Assembly: GCA_044892525.1 (NCBI GenBank)
Contig: CM097885.1
Span: 40,364,001-40,424,000 of the forward strand
Direction: 5' to 3'
Origin: Schmidtea polychroa
Lineage: Eukaryota
Length of the DNA stretch: 60,000 nucleotides
In this document: positions 1 to 12,354 of the stretch, piece after piece
Position numbering within the stretch: position 1 is the first letter of the stretch
How the letters are laid out: the number at the start of each line of letters is the position of its first letter
Made by a program: the position numbers and the translations under genes
The notes under the pieces: generated by a model
The model's input: the letters and a program-made list of their open reading frames with translations, nothing else
What the model was told of the DNA's origin: nothing
Database searches by the model: none

Positions 1-471
1 CACTCTACTGATTTACTTTCAAAGACTTAACAGACAATATGAATGTCAATCCAAGACCTCAAAACCTTGGATTGTCTATGAAGAAACATGGGTCTAGTGA
101 GATACATTTATTTTGCATGCAATTATGATATTATAATAGTACTGTATTAGTAGTAACTTTTATTTTATGATAGTTGTAAAATTTGCACCTTTCAATCAAA
201 GAGAAATATGATTGGCTAAGAGGGATAGAGGGATAATATGAACTAAATTTTATGGGAAAGAAAATTTAATAACTGTACATAAGGGGTCGTAAAAATAATT
301 AAAATCAGTTTAAATTAATTCAATCAAAAAATTAAGATCTTTCAAAATTGAAAGGTAAATTTTTATTTATTATTTATACAGTGATCACCAAGGCAGTGCC
401 CCTAAGGTACTCTACCGTGTTGATCACTTCAATCTTAAATTCTAACAAATTTAATAGTGAATATTTCAGTA

Positions 472-1815
472 ATGGAACAAATCCAAAGAACAAGAGCAAT
501 TTATGACGGATATTTGAAGATATACCGCAACCACGTAGGACAAGATGCCATCACCATCAATGACAACCGGAAAATCCCAAACTACTTGAGGGTGGACGAC
601 AGAAAAATGAAAACTCAAATTTTTAAAGTGAGCCGGAAATCGGTGAAAATAATAGAAGAAGATGAAATCAAGGATGGCAATGAGTACACGCTACACGTGA
701 TCAAAGGGAAAGTGGAGGTGATAGACGAACGACAAAAAGTCTATTGGGAATTACACCAAGGATCATCGTGGAAACTGCAGAAAGAAACCTTGAGGAAAAA
801 GTTGAGAGCATCCAATGAAGATTCAAGAGTTGTTGTGGAAACACGAAGCCCGAACGAGGAAAATGAAATTCCACAAACCGCTTCAAAATTGCCAGATGAT
901 CCAACCATGCTTCCAATTACTACAGAAATGCTGAAAAGAAGATTGTCATTTATTCGAAAGGAAATGAGTCTGGAAGAGATACGGAACCGAATTGTGTTTA
1001 TGGATGCAGAATATGGAACATCAGAAAATAATAAAATGATTCCATTGTCAATAGCGATGATGAATTACGAAGGAAAAATAATTAAAAATTCATATTTGAC
1101 ACCGAGAGGAAGATTGCGTCATTTTAATTCCAGCATTCATGGTATCACAGAGATTGCCAGTAGGAACCAATGCGACCAGTATACGGAGATGCGAGAAGTT
1201 CAAAAACTAACTGTTGGAAAAATTTTAGTGGGACATGATCTTCATGCAGAATTGGAACATTTGAAAATCTGGACAAATCAATTATACGGAATTAGGGATT
1301 TAGCAACAGCACAGGCACTCCAACTGAAAGGAATAACAAGGAGAGGAGAATTCTTTAAACTCAAAACAGTGGTTGAAGAAATACTCGGAGAACAAACACA
1401 AACTGGTATTCACTCAGCATTGGAAGATGTCAAAAATGTACGGAGAGTGTACAGAAAAATTGAGAATTTATGGGAAGATGATGTAAAAATCCAGAAAATA
1501 GTCCCATCAAAGAAATATTCTTTAGCCGAATATCAAAAACTTTATGCGGTGGACAAAGTACCAACAACGAGTGGAACATCATTTGAGATAGTGGAACAAG
1601 TCGATCTAACAATTGAGGAACAAATGGAAATTGACGAAGCACCGTTGAAATGGGCAACTGAAGAATATTTGGATCCGATCAAGGAAAGCCTCGAAATGAT
1701 AATAAGTTTATCGATTCACAGAATTCCGGCATCATTTGAACATGGGCCTATTCTTCATTTAGAGAATAGAAAAAGAAAATCTACAACGAAAATCGAAGCG
1801 AGTCCATCATGGTGA
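472..1815 (+). CDS. DEDDh 3'-5' exonuclease (REX4/ISG20-like) with N-terminal extension; intronless
   Basis: ExoI FMDAEYG, IHGIT, ExoII ILVGHDLHAELEHL, IRDLA, ExoIII HSALEDVK. First ATG at 472. ATTGG box at ~211, TCAGTT at ~305, AATAAA at ~1919. Confidence 0.8.
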   Translation: MEQIQRTRAIYDGYLKIYRNHVGQDAITINDNRKIPNYLRVDDRKMKTQIFKVSRKSVKIIEEDEIKDGNEYTLHVIKGKVEVIDERQKVYWELHQGSSWKLQKETLRKKLRASNEDSRVVVETRSPNEENEIPQTASKLPDDPTMLPITTEMLKRRLSFIRKEMSLEEIRNRIVFMDAEYGTSENNKMIPLSIAMMNYEGKIIKNSYLTPRGRLRHFNSSIHGITEIASRNQCDQYTEMREVQKLTVGKILVGHDLHAELEHLKIWTNQLYGIRDLATAQALQLKGITRRGEFFKLKTVVEEILGEQTQTGIHSALEDVKNVRRVYRKIENLWEDDVKIQKIVPSKKYSLAEYQKLYAVDKVPTTSGTSFEIVEQVDLTIEEQMEIDEAPLKWATEEYLDPIKESLEMIISLSIHRIPASFEHGPILHLENRKRKSTTKIEASPSW

Positions 1816-2057
1816 ATGGAATAGTCTATTATCGGGAGAAAACATATATCCGCTACAAGAGTGAGGCGGGAGAAATAGAATTAAAAATTGATTAATCATT
1901 GTTATATATATTATGATTAATAAAAACTTTCCCTCGTCTTATAAATATTTTAGCGTCCCATCCCATAATTGAATATTAAATTAAATAAATAAAATAATCA
2001 AAGCAAATAAATGAACACATAAATAAAGTAATCAAATAAAATAAGCCAATAGTAACA

Positions 2058-2079
2058 AATAATAATAATAATAATAATA

Positions 2080-2170
<91 letters not shown>
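2058..2170. repeat. (AAT)n/(ATT)n microsatellite, head-to-head
   Basis: Direct reading of the sequence. Confidence 0.95.
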
Positions 2171-2171
<1 letters not shown>

Positions 2172-4305
2172 CATCATTACTATTATTAAGTTGTTGTTTT
2201 AGTTATTGTTATTATTAGATCTATAAGAAAGTATCTAAATGGTTATTAAGAAATAATAGAATGAACTTAAAATAAATGACAACTCACCGTATCTCAACTA
2301 ATTTGTATTATTGGTCTGCTTACATGAAATACATCTCCGACATAATCCCCAATGATGTCTGGTATCAAATTTCTCATCCCCCTGCCGCAATTAACAACTC
2401 TCAACTCTCTGTCAAAAACAATGTTAAACTGGAAAACTTCAAAAAAAATAGTTCTGAAGGAATTGACATGTTGTCACCTTCACTTTTAAAGCTTTGATTG
2501 TCAAATTTTAATGCAATTAAACAATTTATTTGCCATTTTATTTTCTCCAATAATTTCTATTTCAATTGTTATGTTGTAAAAGGTTTTAGCGATTCTAAAA
2601 ATCTTATCCTTTCTAAACAATATAATATATCAAATGTTTCCTCTTGAGCATCAATAATCAAGCAATTAGATTTTCTAACCTATTTATCCTACATAATTCG
2701 TAAGGTGAACAAGACAATTAACAATATAATGGAGCACAAAAATCTATGATCTCAATTTTAAAATATATTCATAAATTGATATTAAATTAAGTCTCTCAAC
2801 TAATTTCAGTGGATTCTTTAAATATTTCCGTGGATTACATTAAAAAAATCAACTAAAACATAAATATGGGGAAGAAAACTATAGGTCTTTGATTATTTCT
2901 CTTAGGTGTACTATATCTATACAGTGATACAATAAAAATTCAATATAACTAAAGGCAAAATGCAAAATTTACTACAAAACATGTATCGCAAACAACACGA
3001 CATTTTACATTTACATCCAATCCATCTTGAAGTGAATTAAATTCTGCCTATATAATGTTCAAGTGAAAATTCTTTTAAAAACTATGAAAATTGAAAAGAA
3101 AATTTTTTTAAATGGCTGCCACTACATTAAAACAAAAATTTATTTTATTAAAATTGATATTACGGGATTACGCTTGATATAATGCAATAATAAATAATGA
3201 CTATCAGCTTTTCTTGCCCAAATATGTAATACAAAGAGGAAATTGCGATAAACTTCCCATATTAGGACTAGGACACAAAATGCATAACACTTCCACTGTG
3301 TCTCGGTATTTAATTTATGTATTTTAAAAAGAGCGACAAACTTATGGACTTGCATCTGAATGTGTGCACCCAATCAAATTTTGCACCTGAAAAGATTTTA
3401 TGTGATGAATTGAGTCATAATAACTTAGTGAACCTATGTAACCTCGAAAAATTGTTACTTTTATAAATTTAAATAATTTGAAGAACATATCAATTAAATC
3501 ATAAAGAAATTATATAAAACAAAAATATATGTGCAATAATACAAATTTAACCAAATTTCAGTTTTGTTATAATCGAAAATGCTCTATTAGTAACCTTTTC
3601 AGCAAATATGCTATTTATTCTTTATTAACTTTTAACTTAACATGGATGAGCTTTACCACAAACTTTATTGACTATTTTACATTTTGATAGTTCTGAACAT
3701 TTGTATTTAATAAAAAACAAAATATTGATCGATTCTTTAATAACAGAAATAAAGAGAAAGGAAATAAAATAGAATGGGATTATTAGTTAAGATAGCATAT
3801 TAATTAATATTTTGAAATAATGATTACAATAAATATAAATAACAAATATTTACCCGAAGCAACGGGCAACTTCCGCAATTAAAAATGAGCAATAGCTCAT
3901 CAAAAAAAATAAAGATGTTTCAAGTAATGGATAATCTCGTAAATAAGTATATTTCGTAACTAGAGCCGTACAGACGCCTACAATACATTCAATAGATAAT
4001 GCTCCCAGAAAAACAGTCAAAAATGATTTGGCTGCTAGTAGGATAGCAATTGGATTAAATTCTCCACTATTCGCAATTTTTCCGTATTGCTCTACAGAGC
4101 TGCCAGAAAGTTACAGAATAAAATCTCAATTCTATTTACTTCGCTAATACTATTGCAACAGCATCGTTTAAGACACTTTCACCAAATACCAAGGCATACA
4201 GATCAACTTCAATATTAATGTCATTGAATATTGCCAATACAGTAACTAGAATATATTGTAAAATTAGAAATTATTATTATTTATTATTATTATTATTATT
4301 ATGTG

Positions 4306-4309
<4 letters not shown>

Positions 4310-4350
<41 letters not shown>

Positions 4351-4364
4351 GATATATATATATA
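4310..4364. repeat. (TA)n microsatellite
   Basis: Direct reading of the sequence. Confidence 0.95.
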
Positions 4365-5328
4365 TTGGTGAAGCATAAGACATGTGCATGGATTTTCTCT
4401 TCCCACCTCTGTGTACACCCATTCTCAGACAATTTTTCTTCTGTCATCTGAGTTGGTCTGCAGTCGATCGACGGTCATTTATGTGTGTGTTCCGCTCTAA
4501 TTCGGACGTGGCATTGAATCATCGAGGTGTATGTGTGTATGTCATGGCATAATTGCCAAATATTTCTAGAAGTTAAAGTAAATAACATTGGCTGCCGATT
4601 ATCGGCACCAATGTCTGGGTGGATTGCCGGTTATTGCACTAATTATTCGAATCAAAAAAATTTGAAACATCATTACAAAGATAAGCAAGCAAATTTTCGT
4701 TGAAATGTCGCTCATTTTTAGAAATGGCATAATTGCCATTTGATGGATTGCCGATTATCGGCAAATTGGTGATAAACTTTTAAATTATTATTATTATTAT
4801 TATTATTATAATTTATTATTAAATTTGAAAATCATCTACAAACATAATTATTATTATTATATTTTATTATTAAATGAAATTTGAAAATCATCTACAAAAA
4901 TAACTTTGAATTATTATCATATGATTTATTAAATTCACAATCTACCGAAGTCAATGAAACTTTTTAACTTTAATCATCCCTAATTTTGTCAGAAATAATT
5001 TGTTTCAAATGTTCTTTAAATAAATGATGCAACCCTCTCATATTCAGCACCAAGTTCATATGGGAATTTGAGGTAGTTGTTTGTGAATTATACTATTCCC
5101 GTGTCTCTTATATTCTTTATATTTCGTTTAAATGATTCAGTTTTTTTCCATTAGTTTGTCCGACAAATTCCTCTAGATGGATCAGTTACCGTGCATTTTT
5201 TATTATTAATTCACTGCTATTATTAGTGATAATGGTATTATAAAATTATTATCATTATGGTATTGAGAATACTCTACCATCTTAATAAATAATTAATAAT
5301 CGAATAGATTCGAGGATGAATCTTAATT

Positions 5329-6139
5329 AAAGGGGGGATATATGTTGGGGTTAGACCAAAACAAAATAAATTTCACGGGGTACCAGAAAGCAGAACAAAA
5401 ATTGGTAAAATCAATATAAGTACAAAATTAATTAAAATTTAATAAAAAAATTAAAAATCAATATTGAACGGGTATGGTTGAATGCCAAATTGTTAGACGA
5501 GGTTAGAAAACATAATAAAAATTTAATAGGGTGACCATAGAAAAAGTTAATAAGGAAAAACAAATTAATTAAAATTAATTAATCTGTAATGGAAAGCCCG
5601 AGCCAATGGAAAGCCCGAGCCCATGGGAAACCCGAGCACTGAAGAAAACCCGATGCGCAGTGAGACCCGAGACACCAGATAAGGGAATAATAATTCGAAT
5701 TATAATTGCAGGGTAAATAAATTAAAATAATTGTCGAACCGTTCAAAATTTACTTAGGGTGCCCGGGGAAACAATTAATTTCATTTTGTTAGATAATTGA
5801 CCTCTTAAACACAGTATAAAAGGAGAGCTTAGAAATGAGCAAGCCGCCATTTGGTCGAAGAGGAAAAGGAAAAAGCTAAGCAGAAAATCCAGCAAGGACA
5901 AGTCAAAAGAGGAAATTTGTGAATTATAAAGAAGCCAGAATAGTACAAGAAAAGGTAATTGCCCCTTGGGTTTTTACCTCATAAAATAAATTTGAATTGA
6001 GAGAAAGGTGCAAACAGTGACAGATTGTAATTGTGATAAAAATCAAATAAATTTATTCTGTGTTGAGTTTTCATTGATTTGGTAAAATAAGAACACGAGG
6101 AGTCAGAGACAGGACCGACTTACAAACAAAAACTCAACA
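5329..6139 (+). mobile_element. Ty3/Gypsy-type 3' LTR preceded by a polypurine tract
   Basis: TTCGAGGATGAA...AAAGGGGGGA PPT, then TGTTGGGG at 5343 and ...CTCAACA at 6139. TATAAAA at ~5815, AATAAA signals downstream. An alternative right end lies at 6322 (AACCCCAACA). Confidence 0.65.
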
Positions 6140-6325
6140 TATATTTTTAAAAAATTGCTATTTTTGTTACGAATTTATTTTTAGTAATTATTTATTACTA
6201 TTTATATTTTAATTCCAATTTTAGTAATTTTTAAATACTATTTATATTTTAATCCTAATTTTAGTAATTAATTATTATTTAATTCCAAAACCTTTGATTC
6301 CAGTTCCTACTGAACCCCAACATAT

Positions 6326-6445
6326 GCAAGAATATTTCTAAGATTTGATTTGAATAGGCTGATTTTCTTAGATGAAACGGGGATCAATTTGCACACAAGC
6401 AAATCTTATGGATATTCCACAGCTTCCACAGATGCTGTTACAGCT
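6326..6445 (+). pseudogene. IS630/Tc1-mariner transposase fragment
   Basis: LNRLIFLDETGINLH is the first catalytic-Asp motif of IS630/Tc1 DDE transposases. The sequence diverges after ~6445. Confidence 0.65.
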
Positions 6446-7246
6446 AATTATTATACCCTTTCTAAACATTTTCTAACAATTTCTTGCTCACTGTCTTCTT
6501 CACCATCCCCTCATCTACTCCTCTCCCGATTTCCAGCTTCAATTTCGATAACTTTTTACTTTATTCCACTTCCTCATGTTTGCGCATTTTTCCATTTTGT
6601 TGGGTAGTCGGTTGGGTCAACAAGAGGTTACTAATTACTAGGGGATTATAGTCCGAAAAAATGACTTATTCCAAGGACCGCTGACCAAACACCCACACGA
6701 TTATTTCTACAACATGACACCCATGATTTACATCATGTTGGTACTGTGCCATACCGGCGAGCTACGATGAAGCAGATGAGCCCCTGCCTTAGGACTACTC
6801 CTTCACCCTAACTCGACTGCCGATAGAAGGACTTACGTCTTTCCCAGTATTCGAGATATTGGTCAAGATCACATGATTCCATTATCAATTACTCCTTTAT
6901 CACCACAAATTTTCACCCACTTCAACATTATAGCAAAGAAAACAACACAGAAATTTACAGAGCTCCCTTTACCACTTGACTCAACATTTATTTGAAGAAA
7001 TACCATTACGACACCGATTATTACCGCCTATTGGGGTAGTTTTACACAACATTCTTAATATCAGAGAATCAAGTAAAGGAAATTTGACGACAGATATGCT
7101 ACTCATTCAATCACAACATCAAGATATTTACACAAACATGTTACAAAGTTGACGGGGAAACCCAGGCGAAAATCACATCGAGATCAAAGAAGTCTCGCAT
7201 CTTCTTCCCAGGTATTACTAGATGATGGCACTACTCGAAACGTATG

Positions 7247-7825
7247 CTATGATCGAACTGCTGCTTCCACTGGCAATGACTGGAGCTTCTGCGACCAGTT
7301 TCCCTCCCGCTCGGCTTGAAGTAACTTTCGTCTTTTTGTCCGTTCGGCCCGAGTTGGTTGTCGACGTTTTAAAGTTTTCTGCGGTATCGGGAGAGTGACA
7401 GATTCCAGTACGACGACTGACCTCGGAGGGACTTGGCTGACGCTGGTGACGTTGACATCCGACGACGTGGATAATAACAGAGTATCTACACAGCTAGTAC
7501 AGGCCTTGCTTGCCTGTCGAATCGGGTCTGTCGAGTGGTGATGATGAAGGAAAACATTGTCCTCTTCCGCTATCGGTATATTGGCTATCTTCTTGGTGAT
7601 AGTTGCTTGTACGTAGGCCTTGTGCAGGGCCTCTGACTGTTCCTTGACCAATAATCGTAACGAGCAGCTCTCCTCGATCATACTATCGTGGCAGTGTTCG
7701 GCCCGCGCCAGCTTCATTCGCACCTCTTTCATTTGCGCAGGAGAGATGATTGATGATGATTGCATTCTTATCGGCGCACGAGAAACATGGCCGAAGAAGA
7801 GTTGTAACTGTTTGGGTTTTGACAT
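7247..7825 (-). CDS. Hypothetical protein (~190 aa) with predicted coiled coil and basic NLS-like C-terminus
   Basis: GC-richer open frame. ATG directly after an acceptor-like TTGCTTTAG. KRRQPTRAERTKRRK. Minus-strand AATAAA at ~6986. Confidence 0.5.
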   Translation of the reverse strand: MSKPKQLQLFFGHVSRAPIRMQSSSIISPAQMKEVRMKLARAEHCHDSMIEESCSLRLLVKEQSEALHKAYVQATITKKIANIPIAEEDNVFLHHHHSTDPIRQASKACTSCVDTLLLSTSSDVNVTSVSQVPPRSVVVLESVTLPIPQKTLKRRQPTRAERTKRRKLLQAEREGNWSQKLQSLPVEAAVRS

Positions 7826-8430
7826 TTCTAAAGCAACCAAGTAAAGACAGTAAATTTATGCAACACAAGGATAGACGTAGTAATGCTTTATGGTACATAA
7901 TCATATCTCGTGATCGTCGTCGACAGCTAAAAATAAAGAGAAAAAAATATATATATTTGTTCCATGCCTTCGTACCAGAGAGGTTTCCCATTTTTGACGA
8001 TGTCAGCCCGTAGGCTTGTTAACCCAAAATGAAATCTTACTAGTTTGTAAGGTATCTAGCCCAATTGTGTTATGGGTCCCTACCTAAACTATTTAAATGA
8101 TTTATTTAATTCTTCAAGTTCTAAGAATCGACTTAGTTCCGCATACGCAGTGCATTTATTCGATAAAAATAGTCGGATGACTTATACGAGTTATTTTGAG
8201 TTTGGTAAAGGCCTCCCCGTGGAATTATTTTCCCCGATTGTTTAAACCCGCCAAAAATCAAATGAAGGGAAACACTGGTATTCTAACCCACCCTTTACAA
8301 TTATCCTAATGCATTACTTAGGTGGGAATTATCGAACGGGTTAGATGACTTCGACAACCTCGTCTTTACTTACATTATTCACCATTATTGGAACCCTCTT
8401 CCTTAAGATTATCACCATTAGCATATTATT

Positions 8431-8670
8431 ATGGTCGGGGTTTCTACCATCATTATAACTTATTATTACCCTTATTATCGTTACTCCGATTATTATTATT
8501 ATCACGATTTCTATGGTCCTCATCATTATAGCTATCATTATGAGTATTGCCCCAGCTATGATTTCGGCTTTATCCTTGTCCTCTTATTTGGGATAGGTAC
8601 TGTGGTTGTTCTAGCTATTATCGTAGCAATTATTTTTATATTAAACGTTTCGCGTGGAATGTTCGGTTAA
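8431..8670 (+). CDS. Possible small Tyr/His-rich single-pass membrane protein
   Basis: C-terminal hydrophobic stretch GFILVLLFGIGTVVVLAIIVAIIFIL. Partly low complexity. Confidence 0.3.
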   Translation: MVGVSTIIITYYYPYYRYSDYYYYHDFYGPHHYSYHYEYCPSYDFGFILVLLFGIGTVVVLAIIVAIIFILNVSRGMFG

Positions 8671-10287
8671 TTTATTTCCAGAACGTGATTATTTACTATT
8701 TTAGTTTTGTAATTTCTAATTTAAAATTTTTTCGCAAGTATTCTAGTCAAAATCTAGTCATTAAAAAAGAACAAAGGTCGCAGATTTTCTTACTTATCAA
8801 ATTTTTGGCTCATGCTGTAGTGGTGTATTTATCTCATGATTGTGCAGGGTGATTACGTCATTTAACTACCATATGCTATTTACCCCCGATCTCACTGATT
8901 ACAAAATTTGAGGCCTGGCAGTTTCCGAGTTTTTGATAGTAAGTTGTCGTAAGAGTAGGTTTAGTATTATGTGTGTTATCGCTGCGTTTCCATATCTGTA
9001 CTGCCTAATTACCGTGTGCAGTGAATACCTACAGGTTCAATTCCGATGCGACTTGACGTGAATAAGATTGGACTCTGTTTATCATCGTATTCTAGATGTT
9101 GTGCCTACTGCCAAGACTCTGACTGAGAAAAATCGGTTCTACAGTGGTTACGGTATTAATCATAAGGTGTTTCACTCGACTGTCATTTCCCTACAAAAGT
9201 ACTTCTGGTCAAGGCCGCATTTCTCAGGAAATGTTTACTATCGGATGAAATCCTATATCAACGAAGAGATCCAATGAACGGGCAATATGAAAATTTTAAG
9301 TAGAAATACGAACCAAATTAAATGGTAATTGAATTTTTTCGATGGAGATTTACTACGCTCGGGGACGATGTCTGGTACTCTGGGACAAGGAAATACACCT
9401 TTAACAATGAAGATTCGTTTCTGGATGATGAATGGATAGTAAACTACGGACTCCCTCAGTCATTGCGAGTACTTTGGTTTTCGTAGTAAGAAGATTGTGG
9501 TTTCACTCTACGATGGTAATTTCTGAAAATTTTCTCTCTCTCAGATAAAGTTATATCTCACCATCCTGTGGCGACAGATCAGTGGAGAAACCCCCACAAG
9601 ATGACCCGATCCATACCACTACGACACTGAAGTATCATCTGACCAGGTGGTAGGAAGAACAACTAGTGTCCCTCGAGCTGTGGCCTTCCGAACCCCATTG
9701 CCGTGGAACATCCAAAAAAAATACAATATCATTGTGCATTCAATAGACTATTTCACTAGTTGTCATTTCATTGGTAAATCAATCTGGATTATATTTAATC
9801 ATTCTAAGTTCACTCACGAAGCAAATTTACTGTTCAATGTACCTTTACTTAGAAATAAAATCAATATTCGCTATTCATTTACTTAAGAAATAATTAAATC
9901 TTTCTTATGCCTTTACTTAGGAAATTCAATAAACATATAATTATAAATTAACAGGAAAGAAAACGAACCATGAATATTTATTATTGTTACAAATCTTCAA
10001 ATTATTTTACATATATAGATGTATAGAAAAAATCATACCACGTACAAATAAAGGTTTACTGTCTGCTTGAAATCCTGATTAATGATAGAATAGTTCTCCT
10101 TTCGCAAAGTTCGTTTTAAAACGTTGAATCCTCGAGTGGTTTGTCGGCTGTGTGAATTAGTAGAGTGTTCCTAGTGATCTGGATAGTCAATTGCCGAATG
10201 TGGATTGTCTCACCTAAGTTCGATAGTTTTTAACACTGTGATAAAAATTATTCTACATGTACTTACCTAAGTTCGATAGTTTTTAAC

Positions 10288-10347
10288 ACTGAAATTTTTG
10301 TTTCGGTGTTGTGCTTATATAGTGAGTTGCGAAGTGCGCGGGCCAAT
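10288..10347 (-). promoter_or_regulatory. Pol II promoter: CCAAT box, TATATAAG, TCAGT initiator
   Basis: CCAAT 10343-10347, TATATAAG 10321-10314, TCAGT 10292-10288 (~31 nt from the TATA box), followed by a GTAAGT donor. Confidence 0.55.
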
Positions 10348-10814
10348 CAGAATTAAGGCGCCGTTAATTTATTTGATTTAATTTAAATGTTTTGTTTTTT
10401 ATTAGTTTTTCCTAGTTTTCTTTATTTTTTCTTATACTTTTATTTATTTTCTTAATTTTTCCCATTAACTACCTATTTTTGATGTTGCTTTCTCAGTTTG
10501 ATCGGCTTTCCTATCTTGATTTTTTATTTTTATTTTTTGTTTTATTCTTTTATGTTTTTAATTTATTGCTGCACCTTTATTTTGTTTTCTAATTTATTTT
10601 CTGATTTATTTGTAATATTTTTATTGTTTCTTATTGTTCCTTTCTCATTTTTCTTATTTGTGCTATCTTATTTTATTTCAGTCCAACAATTTCATGTCTG
10701 ATTGTACCCTTTTATAGTTCTGTTTCTTTCTTTGCCATCGCTTCTCTGATTGACCGCCATTCAATTTCGGGTTTTTTGAACTATATAATTTAATAATTTA
10801 CTTTTAAAACCTCG

Positions 10815-11312
10815 ACAAATGTATTGTCGAAAATAATTTACAGTTACAATTTTTCACCTCATAGAGGAATAAATGGATAGAGACCAATCGATTTTTTCAA
10901 CAAATAATATTGATACTTGGATATCACAACAAGATAAATCAAAAACAAAAAATCCGAAATATAAAGTATGAGACCATGTTAGAATAAATAAAATCAGTGC
11001 TTCTCCATTCATCAAGAATTTTGATACCAATTGAGTGATGAAGTTTTTAAAATATCGAAAATAGATACTAATCAAAATCCGGTCATGTACTTTATTACAG
11101 ATAATGAAAACGATCAAGTCAGTGGCAAATTCTACAAAGAAAAAGAAATTCTACAATTCTGCAAAGAACTACAAGTCATTCCATCACCCACAATCTTCAG
11201 AATTCCAGAGATTTTAAAAACTAAATCAGACGGGAAATATAAACAATACTATGTGAAATGGCATGGTTATAAAAATCCTAGCTGGATATCTGAAAACCAA
11301 TTGATTAAATAA
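10815..11312 (+). pseudogene. Polinton retroviral-like integrase C-terminus with chromodomain-like tail
   Basis: SYNFSPHRGI, KYKV*DHVRI, SDEVFKISKI, VSGKFY, YYVKWHGYKNPSWISE. Contains stops and frameshifts. Confidence 0.8.
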
Positions 11313-11317
11313 ATATT

Positions 11318-12354
11318 ATGAAGGAAAACCAGTTTTATATGATTTTACCTAGTAATAGTTGTCCTCTTATTTATCCTGATAATAATGCTAGTAATTTTAA
11401 AGTTGAATTTCAAAACCCAATTTATTTGAATGGGAAGTGGGAAGTAGCTTTGATTGATTTTACATTTGTGTATAATCAATTTCAGTATTACAGTAATTTA
11501 TGGGTACAATACGAATTAAAAAAATCATGCGAAGAAACTAAATAATTGAAATTTGATAATCAAAACAAAATCTTAGAAATTTTAAATTCTACATATAATC
11601 CAGATGTTGATGTGTTCTTGGAAAGATATGAAAACTTAGTGATAGTTTGTCCACATGTTTCATTTAAAATATCATTTCTTGACACCAAACATGCATCTAA
11701 GTTTGAATTAAAAACCAATTCAATCATTAGCAAAACTGACCATTGTCGAATTAAATTACCTAAATTTACTGAAAATAATTGAACAAATCGGAACAAATCG
11801 GAATAAATATAAATTATGATATCAAGACAAAATTCGAACATTATTTTGAAGATGAATTATCCTTCACTACTTTATCAGAGTTTCGAGGGTATTTAATGAC
11901 AATTAATCCATCTCCATTTAAAGAAATAAATCTTCAAAATCAAGAATTGGTAAAAATAACACTTGTAGATGATATTTCAAATATCACCTTTGATCAAAAC
12001 TTAACAAAAGCTTTAGGATTAAAGATTCAAACTTATATTGAAAAAGACTTTGTTGGTGTGAAAATTCCAAAAATATTTAAAATTCATCAACAAATGTTTA
12101 TTTATTCAAATATCATTGAACCAATAAATGTTGGTGATGTAAGAGTTCCTCTATTAAAATCGATATGGATTAAAAGATATGAACAGGGAGAGGTAGTACT
12201 GTTAGAAATGAAGAACCCAATGTACGTTCCAATTTCATCTTCATTTATAAACTACATTGAAATTAATATTCGCAACGATAGTGGAAAATTAGTTAAATTT
12301 TCAAAAGACTTTAAAACACATTTAACACTACATTTTCGTAAAATAAATGAATAA
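11318..12354 (+). pseudogene. Polinton minor capsid (penton-like) protein, disrupted
   Basis: FYMILPSNS...PDNNASNFKV...LNGKWEVAL N-terminus and MFIYSNIIEP...VGDVRVPLL...PMYVPI...IEINIRNDSG...LTLHFRK C-terminus. Stop at 11545, frameshift near 11780. Confidence 0.8.

Noticed and set aside
3850..3880. CCCG-AAGCAA-CGGG hairpin resembling a Helitron 3' end
   Set aside because: No terminal CTAG and no identifiable 5' end; too weak to call
4540..4765. Repeated palindrome TGCCGATTATCGGCA and ATGGCATAATTGCCA
   Set aside because: Probably a small repeat remnant; no TIR/TSD pair could be defined
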